From Octopus bimaculoides (taxonomy: Eukaryota): DNA of 37,888 nucleotides. The notes beneath the pieces were generated by a model, which worked only from the letters and a program-made list of their open reading frames with translations, ran no database searches and was not told the DNA's origin. Shown in pieces: positions 1-10,560 of the stretch (position 1 is its first letter; each line of letters begins with the position of its first letter). The DNA is taken from contig NC_068988.1 of the NCBI RefSeq assembly GCF_001194135.2, forward strand, positions 79,438,576 through 79,476,463, written 5' to 3'. Position numbers and translations under genes: made by a program.

Positions 1-31
<31 letters not shown>

Positions 32-32
32 G
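1..32. repeat. (TA)n microsatellite
   Basis: Direct TA dinucleotide run. Confidence 0.95.
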
Positions 33-692
33 TCATCATCATCATCATCATTTAACGTCCGCTTTCCATGCTAGCATGGATTGGGCAATTTGACTGAGGA
101 CTTGTGAGCTAGATGGCTACACCAGGCTCCAGTCTGATTTAGCAGAGTTTCTACAGCTGGATACCCTTCCTAACGCCAACCACTCCGAGAGTGTAGTGGG
201 TGTTTTACGTGCCACTCGGCATGAAGGCCAGTCAGGAGGTACTGGTAACGGCCACGCTCGAAATGGTGTATTTTACGTGCAACATGCAGAAGAGTCAGTC
301 CAGCGGTACTGGCAACGATCACGCTCGGACGGTGCTCTTAGTGATCCACTGCTACAGGTGCCATCACGATTTCGCTTTCGCTTGCCCCAACAGGTCTTCG
401 CAAGCCAAGTTTAGTGTTCAATGAAAGAGACGTTAGCAAGGGTGCCAGTCTATAAATTTAGTTCGATTTTGATTGCCTCAACAGGTCTTCGCAAGCGGAG
501 TTTAGTGTCCAATAAAGGAATGTTACGCGTAAGTGGGCTGGCTACATCCCTGGTAGAGGCCTTGAATTTTGGTCTCACTTGGCTTGCTGGGTTTTTTCAT
601 GCACAGCATATTTCCAAATGTCTCGGTCACAAGTCATTGCCTAGGTGAGGCCTAATGTTCGGAGGTCGTGCTTCACCACTTCATCCCAGGTC
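33..692 (-). mobile_element. 3' end of RTE-clade LINE (ORF2 C-terminus, 3'UTR, (ATG)n tail)
   Basis: The minus strand of ~577-692 reads TWDEVVKHDLRTLGLT*AMTCDRDIWKYAVHEKTQQAK*. The UTR has tandem subrepeats and the TTGGCGTTAGGAAGGG..TCCAGCTGTAGAAAC module, and ends in (ATG)n at 33-51. Confidence 0.85.
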
Positions 693-960
693 TATATTTA
701 TTGTATTTGTGTAACATTGTTCGTTTATCCGTCCTTGTTTTCGTATACATTCGCTGCTTTCTTCCAAGGAATCTAATGCTCTGAGCATAGTTTTTCCTTG
801 GGGCTGGCCAGATTGGAGCAATATCGAGAATAGCCAGCCGAAATTGCAAGGATAATCTGGATCACGACTGAGGAAAGAAAACTCCGAATGACCTGTCCTT
901 GTTTTCTTTGTATCGTCTATCTGAATATTTTATTGTCCCTTTCTTGTATCCCCTTCTTCA
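693..960. repeat. Unclassified short interspersed segment
   Basis: It begins abruptly at the RTE truncation point, is richer in CpG than its flanks, and contains a GGCTGGC/GCCAGCC hairpin. I recognised no coding similarity. Confidence 0.3.
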
Positions 961-1372
961 GGAGGTTGATGGTTGCCCTGAACAAGGTTGGTCTTCAAGC
1001 GACAAGTGATAATTCCTAAACTGTGAAAACCGCTTGCAAACTTGTGTTTTGCTCATGGCAGCATCTTCGTATGCTGTCTGAGGCATGACAACTGTTTCAG
1101 CCATCACAAAAATTGACAATCAAGGGAGAAGCAGTGTAAAACAAAGATGCATCATGTGGCAGTAGGACCTCACAGAACACTGCTGGTTGGCAGACTGATG
1201 CCTGAGGGTCACATCAAGTGACTTCTAGTAGTAGAAGCCGGAACTACAATGGGCTTGTCCCACAAAGAATGTTTCCAGTTACTTTTGGGTACCCCCTCAT
1301 ATATATATATATATATGGGTATATCTATGCATTTATTTGCATATATATGAAGCTATGTATATGTATCAGATT

Positions 1373-2935
1373 ATCATCATCTAATGTCCATTTTCTAAGC
1401 TGGCATGGGTTGGACGGTTTGACAGGAGCTGGCCAGCTGAAGAGCTGCCTAGGACCCCATGTCCATTTTGGCATGGTTTCTATGGCTAAATGTCCTTCCT
1501 AATGCCAATCACTGTACAGAGTGTACAGGGTGCTTTCATACAGTACTGGCACAGGTGTAATTCCATAGGGCACAAACAAACACAAGTCTCCAAGATTAGA
1601 AATGCTCAGCTGGAGAGAGATGCAAGGGACAAGCCTGTATGCAAGAGCCGTGCTTTTACTTAGCTTGACGTGTCTTCTCAAGCACACAGACTGCCAGGGG
1701 TCTCAGTCCCCTGTCCATCCATCTCTGAGTCCCAACATTTGTAGATCCTTTCTCACCACTTCATCAGTCTTCCTGGGCCCAGCCCTTCTATATGTTCCCT
1801 CTACACTTAGAGATTAGCACCACTTGATGCAACTGTCTTTGTTTATATGTATTACATGGCCATACCAGTGCAGTCTTCTCTCTTGCACACTACATCTGAT
1901 GCCTCATATACCCAGTTTTTCTCTAAAATCCCTTATACTCTGTCGTATACGCACACTGACAATACCCATCCAGCAGATCATACTGGCTTCATTTCTTTGA
2001 AGCCTTTGCATATCCTCAGCAGTCACAGCTCATGTGTCACTGCCATGTAGCATAGCTGTCTGTACACAAGCATCATACAATCTGCCTTTCAGTCTGAGGG
2101 AGAGGCCCTTCATTAATAACAGAAGTACTAGCTCTCTGAACTTTACCCAGTCCATTCTTATTCTAGCAGCTATGCTTTCAGAACAACCTTCCTCACTAGT
2201 AACTTGGTCACCTAGGTAACAAAAACTTTCAACTATTCTAAGGATCCCCACTGACATTTGAGGGAGTCTATTTTTTAAACATTACTGGTGATTAATGTAC
2301 CTACACATCTGCCACATGAAAAGACTACTTTCTCTGTTAGTCTTTCAATGATACTGCTGCACTTCTTATGTGTCTATAGCTTTCAGTGAGTACACTGCGT
2401 GGAGTTTCACCTGACACCTTTTCTACATATCTCCCTGAACGAATCTGTAATTTGTTGTTTTCTTACTTATCAATACTTTGGTCTTTACTAAATTAACTCT
2501 AAGGCCCTTTGATTCCAGTCTGTGCTTTGTTACATGAAATTTCTTCTCTAGTTCTGGTAATGATTCAGCAATAAGATAAACGTCATCAACATAGAGGAGC
2601 TCTCAAGGGCAGCCAATCTTAAATTCCTCAGTTATAGCTTGGAGGACTAGGATAAACAAGAAGGGTCTAAGAACTGATCTCTGGTGGACTCCTACTTGTA
2701 TGCTAAACTTTTTGCTATACTCATAGGCAACTCACCCCTTACTGACAGCATGCACAGCTCTCACCAAACACTCATTTATCCCTAGCTTCTGCATTGCCCA
2801 CCAGATAAGGGAGTGGGGGGGACTCTGTCAAAGGCTTTCTCCATGTCAACAAAAGTCAGATAGAGAGGTTTATTTTTGACAAAGTATTTCTCCTGCAGTT
2901 GCCTCACAGGAAGATAGCATTGGTGGTACTTCTCA
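1373..2935 (-). mobile_element. 5'-truncated, degraded RTE LINE
   Basis: Minus ORFs give RQLQEKYFVKNKPLYLTFVDMEKAFDRVP and VESFCYLGDQVTSEEGCSESIAARIRMDWVKFRELVLLLLMKGLSLRLKGRLYDACVQTAMLHGSDT. The RTE-type tail is at ~1373-1560. Confidence 0.9.
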
Positions 2936-2975
2936 GTCACTAGGTATGATTGTAATGAATACAGAAAGGTATTTG

Positions 2976-3632
2976 TCCCACGTCCCATGGCAGTGAAGAG
3001 TTACAATAACTTCATGGGAGGAACAGACAAAAACGACCAAATGATGTGCCTGCAAATGTGTCAACACCATTACAAATGGCCTTGCCAATTAGTGATGAAG
3101 TTCTTTATGCGGACATCATATAATACCTATGTTTTGCAGGGATTTTACAAGCCCCATGTCCAGCCTAGCAAAAGAATCTTCACATTCCATACTTTCTTGG
3201 ATAAGTTTTGTCATGAACTAATCGGTGATGTGAGGGTCAGTACCGAAGCAGGACATGATCATCTAACAACCGCAGAGGATCGTTTGGTTCACATTGGATT
3301 GCATGAGGTGGAATGAGCTGAACATACAACCACAAACAATCATTGTGCTGTGTGCATAGAGAAACATAGGTGGACTAAGAGAGCAAATCCTGATGCTCAG
3401 TATAAGGACCTGCCAAAACAATCAAAGACTATTTTCTGGTGCAACCAGTGATTAATGAAAAAGGATTTGAATATCTTGTATTCTATCATTATTCACCATT
3501 TTGTATCTTTGTGTTGTGAAACAAGCATATCTTTCAGCATATATTCTAGAATTAAAAGTTTTCAGTGAAACTCACTGAGAGATTAGGGTGGTGCATTCAA
3601 TTTCTGTGTGTGGTTAGGTTTCAAAGGGTTAA
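2976..3632 (+). mobile_element. piggyBac (PGBD4-like) 3' fragment with right terminus
   Basis: It reads RPMAVKSYNNFMGGTDKNDQM...YKWP and carries a C-terminal Cys-rich remnant (NHCAVCIEK...IFWCNQ). It ends in AAAGGG at 3623-3628 followed by TTAA at 3629-3632. Confidence 0.85.
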
Positions 3633-4448
3633 TAAGAAACAAACTAAGACTTGATGAGATAAACTTTGGTGTTGTGCCTGAGAGAAGTACTACTGATGTC
3701 ATTTTCCTGGTGAGATAACAGCTGGGGAAATATTTACTTAAGAATAAACCATTGTACTTGGCATTTATGACCTGGAGAAAGCCCTCAACAGGAGTCTCTC
3801 ACTCTGTGATATGGTGGTTTCTGAGGAAGTTAGGGATAGACTTGTGAAATCTGTACAATCCATATACAGTGGTGCTGTCAGTAAGGTGAGAGTTAATCAT
3901 GAATACAGTGATGGTGGAATTCTGTAAGTGTGTGAAGGCAGGCATTCACTAAGGATCAATTCTCAGTCTCTTCTTATTCAACATTATCCTCCACATCACA
4001 ATGGAGGAATTTAAAACCGGCTGCCCTTGGGAACTACTATATGCTGATGATTTTGCTCTCATAGTGGAAACTGTAACATAATTAGGAAAGAAATTCCAGA
4101 TATAGTGGCAAAGACCTGGAATTGCAGGGTCTTACAAATACCTTAGCAAAAGCCATGGTTCTAGCAAGCAAGAAAACAGACAGGACTTTACACATTTCAA
4201 CAAAATGGCCCTGCTCAAAATGTAGGAAAGGCAAGACATGGACATATAACAGGTGCAGGAAGGTTAACAAAAAAAGTAATATTTTTATGTGGAAGATGAA
4301 CAGGAGCCACGAGAACTGATGATACATGGGAAATTGATTTTCTCAAATGCCCTGGAGGCTACCTCGAGGTTGTGGATAATTTGTTAGCAAAGTAACCTAA
4401 TTAGTAGTGGAGAAAGATATTCAGAAAGTATAGCGGATAGAATAAGAA

Positions 4449-5117
4449 TACATCATGGATAGATAGGTGTCTTCACCTTCTTCGTCGTTACCACAACATT
4501 TTGGCTGATGTACTTTCCAACCATCATCAGATGTTCTAGTGGAATTTTGAACCCAACCCATTATTTGACTAATGGGGTAGTTCTCATTCCCAAGGTATTC
4601 TTTTTTGCTTATGTTATTTTTTCTGTTGACATTATTTCCGAAATCCCTGTCTTGGATTGAACACAGAATGTATGTATGTGTGTGTGTGTGTGTGAGGTAT
4701 GTGCAATATTTATGTGTGTGTGTAGGTGCAGACGAGGTAAGAAGCTTGCTTCACAACCAAATGGTTCCTGGTTCAGTCCCGCTGTGTGGCACCTTGGCCA
4801 AGTATCTTCTGCTATAGCTTTAGGTCAACCACAGCCTTGTGAGTGGATTTGGTAGACAGAAACTAAAAGAAGCCTGTCATATATATATATATATATATTT
4901 GTGTGTATAACATCAGCAAAAAAGAAGGCCTTAGGAATGAGAAGAGAGTACTACATTAGTCAAATAGAGGGTCGGGTCCAAAATTACACCAGAACACCTG
5001 ATGAAAGCTGGAGAGTACATCAGCCAAAATGTTGTGGTAACAACAAACAAAGTGAGGACACTTATCTGTCCATTGTAAATAATGTACATAATTCCTCGCC
5101 TCCTAAAATATAGAATA
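4449..5117. mobile_element. Inverted pair of hammerhead-like/Penelope-like arms (4449-4617 minus, 4907-5117 plus)
   Basis: The arms are reverse-complement homologues, e.g. ATAACAT.AGCAAAAAAGAA...CTGATGA..G.TGGA.AGTACATCAGCCAAAATGTTGTGGTAAC. ATAGAATAAGAA flanks the block at 4437-4448 and 5118-5129. Confidence 0.65.
4722..4880 (+). mobile_element. tRNA-headed CORE-like SINE
   Basis: It has a B-box-like GGTTCAGTCCC, a CORE-like GGCACCTTGGCCAAGT, and TTGTGAGTGGATTTGGTAGACAGAAAC. Homologues lie at 9055-9215, 9230-9390 and 37630-37790. Confidence 0.8.
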
Positions 5118-5158
5118 ATAGAATAAGAACAGATTGAAAAAAATTCAAAGAGCAACCA

Positions 5159-5364
5159 TGAGGGGGTGCTGAAAAGTTCTTGGGTTTTGGGTAAAAGAAA
5201 ATACAAGAGGATCAGTTAATTATGATTTTATTCAACATACCACCCTCTCAGATTCAGTGGTCCTTCTTTTTTTTCTAAGCCATGTAAAAGAGCTCCGAAG
5301 GTTGGGTCTCCAACCAGGCCTTTCATGATATCCTTAAAGCCAGGAACTTTTCAGCAACCCCTCA
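5159..5364. mobile_element. Tc1/mariner-type MITE (206 bp)
   Basis: The ~30-bp TIRs are TGAGGGGGTGCTGAAAAGTTCTTGGGTTT and AAAGCCAGGAACTTTTCAGCAACCCCTCA. TA follows at 5365-5366 (left side decayed to CA). It is inserted at the TA of the RTE ELLP codons. Confidence 0.9.
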
Positions 5365-6039
5365 TACCTCTGTTGGCAACAAAAGGTCTCTTCCACTCTC
5401 ATAGTGTGAAAGACAGATTTTATGATGTTATTTACGAACAGCAATGCTACATGGGAGTGAGATGTAGGCCCTGCATGCAGAGGACATATGATGGCTAGAA
5501 ATGAATGAAGTTAGTATGCTCTGTTGGATGTGCAATATCAGTGTGCATATATGACAAAATACTAATGTCCAGAAAGAAAAATTAGGTATAAGAGCAACCA
5601 GATGCAGTGTGCAAGAGAGAAGACTGCTGTTTTGGTCACATGATGTGTATAGCTGTATAAAGAAGTACTGATCACTTAAAAGGGATGGAACTTGCAAAAG
5701 AGAGAGATACAGAAAAATATGGGATGATGTAGGGGAAGGCTGATTACAAGATGCTGAACCTTACAAAGGTCCAAGATGATTAGTAATTTGCTCTGCTCAC
5801 GAAGACTGGTCCATCACAGTAGAAACCCAGTACATACCGCGAAATGGTTGGCATTAGGAAGAGCAATCCAGCCATAGAACCATAGAAACCATAACAAAGA
5901 TGGCACTGGGGCTCAACATGGTCTCAAGACTTGTCAGATACTATCAAGCTCTTGAAACTCATGTCTGCATTGGAAACAGAAGTCAAAGATACCAAGATAT
6001 AGTTATTTGTGCTGCGCTTGGTAAACAATAGATGGATCA

Positions 6040-6860
6040 CACTATCCAAACCTCTTACCCTTGGCTATTGTCAAGAGTTGCATTACCTGATTCACACAAT
6101 GGTAATTATATTATCTAATTAAATAATATAAATGCCACCTTTATAACATTCCAAATTGTTAATAATTAGACTACTTCCTACAGCTGGCTTTCTTTGATAT
6201 CCTATCTGGTTCTTCCTCTATCTCGGTACTAGGTGCAGTTTATTATGTAACACCCTGTTTCTTTGAACTACTTAATGATAAGTAGTACTCTATTATTACT
6301 ACCAGGTCTTTCATCTCTGGGTAAACATGTCCTAATATTACAAGCGGTCCCTACTAACTCATATAACATATTCATATCTAAAACAACACCCTGTATCTTT
6401 TCACTTTATCAGATAAATCATTCGTGCTGCACACTACAATTCCTTAAAAATTAGATCTTAATACTCGATTGCCTTTGTACCCTTCTCCAACTTTCAACCT
6501 ATATCCACAGAATACCCCTAAATTCTGTGTATCTCTGCCCTTCTCCCTTTGTTAAGGAATCCTAAACCCCAACCCTATGCCTAATAGGCCTGTATACATT
6601 TATTTTCCTTCACTTTTACTTTTTGCTATCTTTATTCTTTATCCTTAATTTATCTTCAGTCCTCTCCCAGCCTACTATAGTATCACTTGCACTCCACTCC
6701 AGCCTACCAAAGAACCAGTCTAGCAAACTCCTATCTCACGCAAGTCGCTGCCCTTAAATATCATATCACACCCTTTCACAAACTATATTCTTAAATAACC
6801 CCACCCCCTAATGCCCACAACGGCCAACTTCTCCCATTTCATAGCTAGCCTCAACAGACT
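6040..6860 (-). mobile_element. Possible degraded Penelope-like/unknown retroelement fragment
   Basis: The block is strongly strand-asymmetric. The minus strand gives fragments such as CNIRTCLPRDERPGSNNRVLL, loosely like a pre-GIY-YIG region. No intact motif is present. Confidence 0.25.
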
Positions 6861-6879
6861 TCAGCCATGTCCCTGCTGT

Positions 6880-7078
6880 ATTCTTGAGATATTCTTTTGT
6901 TTGTAAAATTACATTTCATCTGATGATTACAATTTCTTATAATGGAGTATTGCTTTCATTCTTCTATCAAAAAAATGTGTAAGAAACAGCTGTAATGAGC
7001 TGATAATTATCCATCGTCTGTTAGTATTCATTTGATTATAACACACCAAGGAGGTTTACGATTTGTCGGACACCCTCG
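6880..7078. mobile_element. Solo terminal fragment of a Tc1/mariner-type element
   Basis: It ends in GGTTTACGATTTGTCGGACACCCTCG, the reverse complement of a typical (C)AGGGTGTCC-type TIR start. I found no partner TIR. Confidence 0.45.
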
Positions 7079-7310
7079 ATTATACCGACAATGTACAATT
7101 CAACATTGTTGGTATAGTCGATGGTGTACAATTCAACATAATGTGTGCTTTGGACCAGCCCCTCGGTGCTAAATACTCATAGGGTTGGTTTTCTCTGAGT
7201 ACACAACCAGAATATCCTATTTAATACTTAGCAACCATAGGCCGGAATCACAGGTTTATCCAACCCTACCTGGTGCATATCTTTTCAAGTACCTTATTTT
7301 ATTACATATA

Positions 7311-8776
7311 TACTGAACTACAAGAGAAACGTTGCACTCTAAAAGATTATTTGTTTCACACACAATGTTGAGATTATATGGATTTTATCACATTTCTCGG
7401 TAATTTGACATCAGGAAGATACCACTGACCACAACACCACACTCTTTTGAAAACACAAGGATTGCATGAAGGGTTCGAACTTGTTCACTTCTTATGAGCA
7501 CAGTAATGCTTGTGAACAAATCTTTATGAAAAACATGATGCACGTGCAAAACATTGACTCATTGGGTATAAACAGCACCCAAGTTTACCAGCCTGTCTTT
7601 CGTTTCCCAAATGCAGCAAGCAACCCAAAACTGACATGAAATCAGAGGGAGCAAGCCATTGGATGTCTCCATGCTAGTCAATGTCCATTGGTGATTGCTA
7701 ATGACTTTAACTACAGTATTCAGACAATTGAGTGGCCGAGGGAATGATACAATGCTACAAACAGCACAGATGATCATCCAGGCACTGAGAGCACTTGCTG
7801 GACTAATTCCAGTGGGCAATGGAATCAGCTAGGCAGATCATAAGGACTCACCACAGACTCATTTGTGCAGAGACATTTCACCACTGGCTGAGATCTTTCA
7901 ATGTCTTGTCGATGTCTGGCTAGGGACCCCATCCTCAAAGATCATCACCAATGGACACATCTGTAGTGGACTCAAAAACGTCTGAACTGGCGATATCAGC
8001 AGTGGGGGAATGTAGTCTTCTCTGACAAAAGTTGATATTGCATTTCTGTGGCAGAGCTAGGGTTTGGAGAAGATGAGGTGAAAGTCATACCGATGGCTGT
8101 GTGGTGGAAAGAGACTCATGGGGAGGACAGAGCATCATGGTATGGGATGGAATTGCACTCAACTGAAACTTGGACTGGTGGTCTTCCAAAACATTGGCCA
8201 AGGCCAGGGCAATAGAGTAACTACTGCTTGCTACATCAACCAAGTGTTGAGGCCTCATATTGTGTCATACTTTGCCCATCATCAGAATCATGTGTTCCAA
8301 CACAACACTCATACCCATACTGCCAGGTTGACAACAGACTTCTTCCAACAGCACAACATCCAGACACTGCCATGGCCTGCCCTAAGTCCAGACTTGAACC
8401 CCATAGAGCACCTGTGGGACAAAATCCAAAGAAGGCTAAATGGCATTCGTCCAAGGCTGACAACTGTGGTACAACTCACTGCAAGTTTTAACAGAGTGTG
8501 GGCTGCTAGCCCTATGGCCTTCAATCGTTTGGTGCATTCAATGTACAGAAGACACCTGATGGTAATCAATGCTAATGGTGGTCACACGAGTTATTGATCT
8601 GAAACACTCCATCATAATGTGACACTATGTGACATCAAACATGTTTCAGGAAATGATGTCTTATCATTAACAAAGAATGGTTTCTTAATTAGCACTCTTC
8701 AATCAATGCTATGGCAGTCTGTTAATAAACTGGTTTCGATTTAGTATGTGTGCAACATTTCTTCTGTGGTTCAGTT
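7311..8776 (+). mobile_element. Full-length Tc1-like (DD34E-type) transposon relic
   Basis: The 27-bp TIRs at 7311-7337 and 8750-8776 are 22/27 identical, and each is flanked by TA (7309-7310, 8777-8778). Confidence 0.9.
7611..8597 (+). pseudogene. Tc1 transposase pseudogene
   Basis: It shows QREQAIG (HTH), WGNVVFSDKS, VLRPHIV, FQHN..HTA and WPALSPDLNPIEHLWD...NGGHTSY*, with multiple stops and frameshifts. Confidence 0.9.
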
Positions 8777-8782
8777 TATATA

Positions 8783-9017
8783 TCATTATCATCACCATTT
8801 AACATCCACTTTCCCTTGCTTGTATGGATCAGATAGAATTTGTTGAGGCAAATTTGTCTATAGCTAAATGTCATTCCTGTCTCCAGCCCTTGGCTGTTTC
8901 AAAGCAAAGTAATATTTTCCTCTAGGCAGACATGTTTCCCACAGATAACTAGAAACGAACCTCACTTGTATGATGATAATGCTCATTTACAACCATCACG
9001 TGATGTCTGGACAAAGT

Positions 9018-9051
<34 letters not shown>

Positions 9052-9215
9052 TATATGGTAGGTTTCTTTCAGATTCTGTCTAACAAATCAGCTCACAAAG
9101 CTTTGGCTGGTCTGGGGCCATAGCAGAAGACACTTGCCATAGGTACTGTACAGTGGGACTGAACCCATGACTACATGGTTTAGAAGCAAGCTTCTCTGTC
9201 TCCAAGCCACTCCTG
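8783..9215 (-). mobile_element. Composite SINE: tRNA/CORE head, (GT)n hinge, body, RTE-type tail
   Basis: The head at 9055-9215 matches 37630-37790. (CA)n lies at ~9020-9048, and the tail TTTAACATCCACTTTCCC sits next to CAT repeats. Confidence 0.7.
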
Positions 9216-9229
9216 TGTCTGTGGCTATA

Positions 9230-9390
9230 GGTATAGGCATGGTTGTGTAATTGAAAAGCTTGCTTCCCGCTCTTGTGGTCTCAAGGTTTAGGTTTACCGT
9301 GTGGCATGTAGGGCAAATGTCTTCCACTATAGCCCTGGGCCAACCAAGGCCTTGTGAGTGGATTTGGTAGACAGAAACTATAAGAAACCT
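9230..9390 (+). mobile_element. tRNA/CORE-like SINE head, head-to-head with the previous SINE
   Basis: GGGCAAATGTCTTCCACTATAGCCCTGGGCCAACCAAGGCCTTGTGAGTGGATTTGGTAGACAGAAAC. Confidence 0.75.
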
Positions 9391-9481
9391 GATCTGGAGT
9401 AACAGCAGAAGACACTCATCCAAAGTACAAGTTAGGGGTGCAAAGGGTGGCAAAAATACAGGTTGGGCAGGATACAACTAT

Positions 9482-10560
9482 AAGACAGCAATAAAATCAT
9501 TTAGTCAGAAGTAAACCATTATACAAAGCATTTATTGACCAGAAGAAAAAAATCCCTCTCTCTGATCTGGTCACTTTGGAAGCTAGGAGTAGCTGAATCA
9601 TTTCTGAAAGCTGTACAAGCCATGCACAGGGGTACTATCAGTAAAGTAAGAGTTAACTGATGAATTAAAAGTAGAAGAAGGTGTTCACCAGGGCTTGGGT
9701 CTTAATTCCCTCCTCTTCATTACTGTCCTCCAGGCTCTAACAATGGAATTTAAGACCAGCTAACCTTGGGAACTACTATATGCTGACAACTTTATTCTCA
9801 TAGCAAAATTTGTAATAGATTTAGATAAGAAATTCAAAATATGGAAGCAAAACTTGGAATTAAAAGGCCTCAAAACTAACTTAGTAAAGACCAAAGTTCT
9901 ACAAAGGAAAATAGCCTTGTTTGATACCTAAGAAATGTGTAGGCAGGAATTCCAAACAGTGTACAGAGTACAAGCTATGGAGAAGTGCATTGGAATCAAG
10001 AAAAATTAAAGAAAGTAGTGTTTGTATGTGGAAGATGCTAAGGAGAATTGGATTTTCTCAAATGTGCAGGATGATCCCTAAGGGCAGTAGATAGTTTCTG
10101 TTATCTAGATCATTTAATGGCGGAAGAAGATATTTGGAGAGATAGTCACTAGAGTAAGAATAGGGTAGTGAAAGTTCTGAGAATCATTACCCATGTTGGT
10201 AACAAAATATTTCTCAGATTGAAAAGCAGATTGTATGATACTTGTGTACAAACAGTAATGCTAGATAATAGTTAGATGCAAGCCCTGAATGCAGAAGATA
10301 TGTGACGACTAGAATGGAATGAGGCAAGCACCCTTCATTGAATGTGCAATGTATGACAAAGTACAAATGAGAAAATGTAAGTGGAATCAGATATATGTAC
10401 AAAAGAGAAGATTGTACTGGTATGGTGACATGTATGAATGAGACCAGCTACATAAAGAAGCACCAATCACTTAATGTGAACAGGTCCTATGAAAAACAAA
10501 GATGTAGGATGAAGTTTACCAAGATGTTGAGTCTCACAAAGAAAATGACAAAGGACTAAG
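9482..10560 (+). mobile_element. Degraded RTE LINE
   Basis: KPLYKAFID, GVHQG and PWELLYADN motifs plus the C-terminal region. Confidence 0.8.

Larger units (their letters stand above)
3633..5990 (+). mobile_element. RTE LINE interrupted by nested insertions (pieces 3633-4448, 5118-5158, 5367-5990)
   Basis: RT motifs include a decayed FGFVPGRSTTDAIF, NKPLYLAF.DLEKA and WELLYADD. The frame SESIADRIR | RIRTD*KKFKEQ | PLLATKG is colinear across the insertions. Confidence 0.85.

Noticed and set aside
196-360. CRISPR-like repeat array
   Set aside because: The units are degenerate with no unique spacers, lie in an RTE 3'UTR, and the context is eukaryotic with no cas genes.
790-905. GGCTGGC/GCCAGCC-GAAA hairpin plus a nearby CTGAGGA as a hammerhead
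   Set aside because: The CUGANGA core is not adjacent to stem II in any permutation, and the required stems do not pair.
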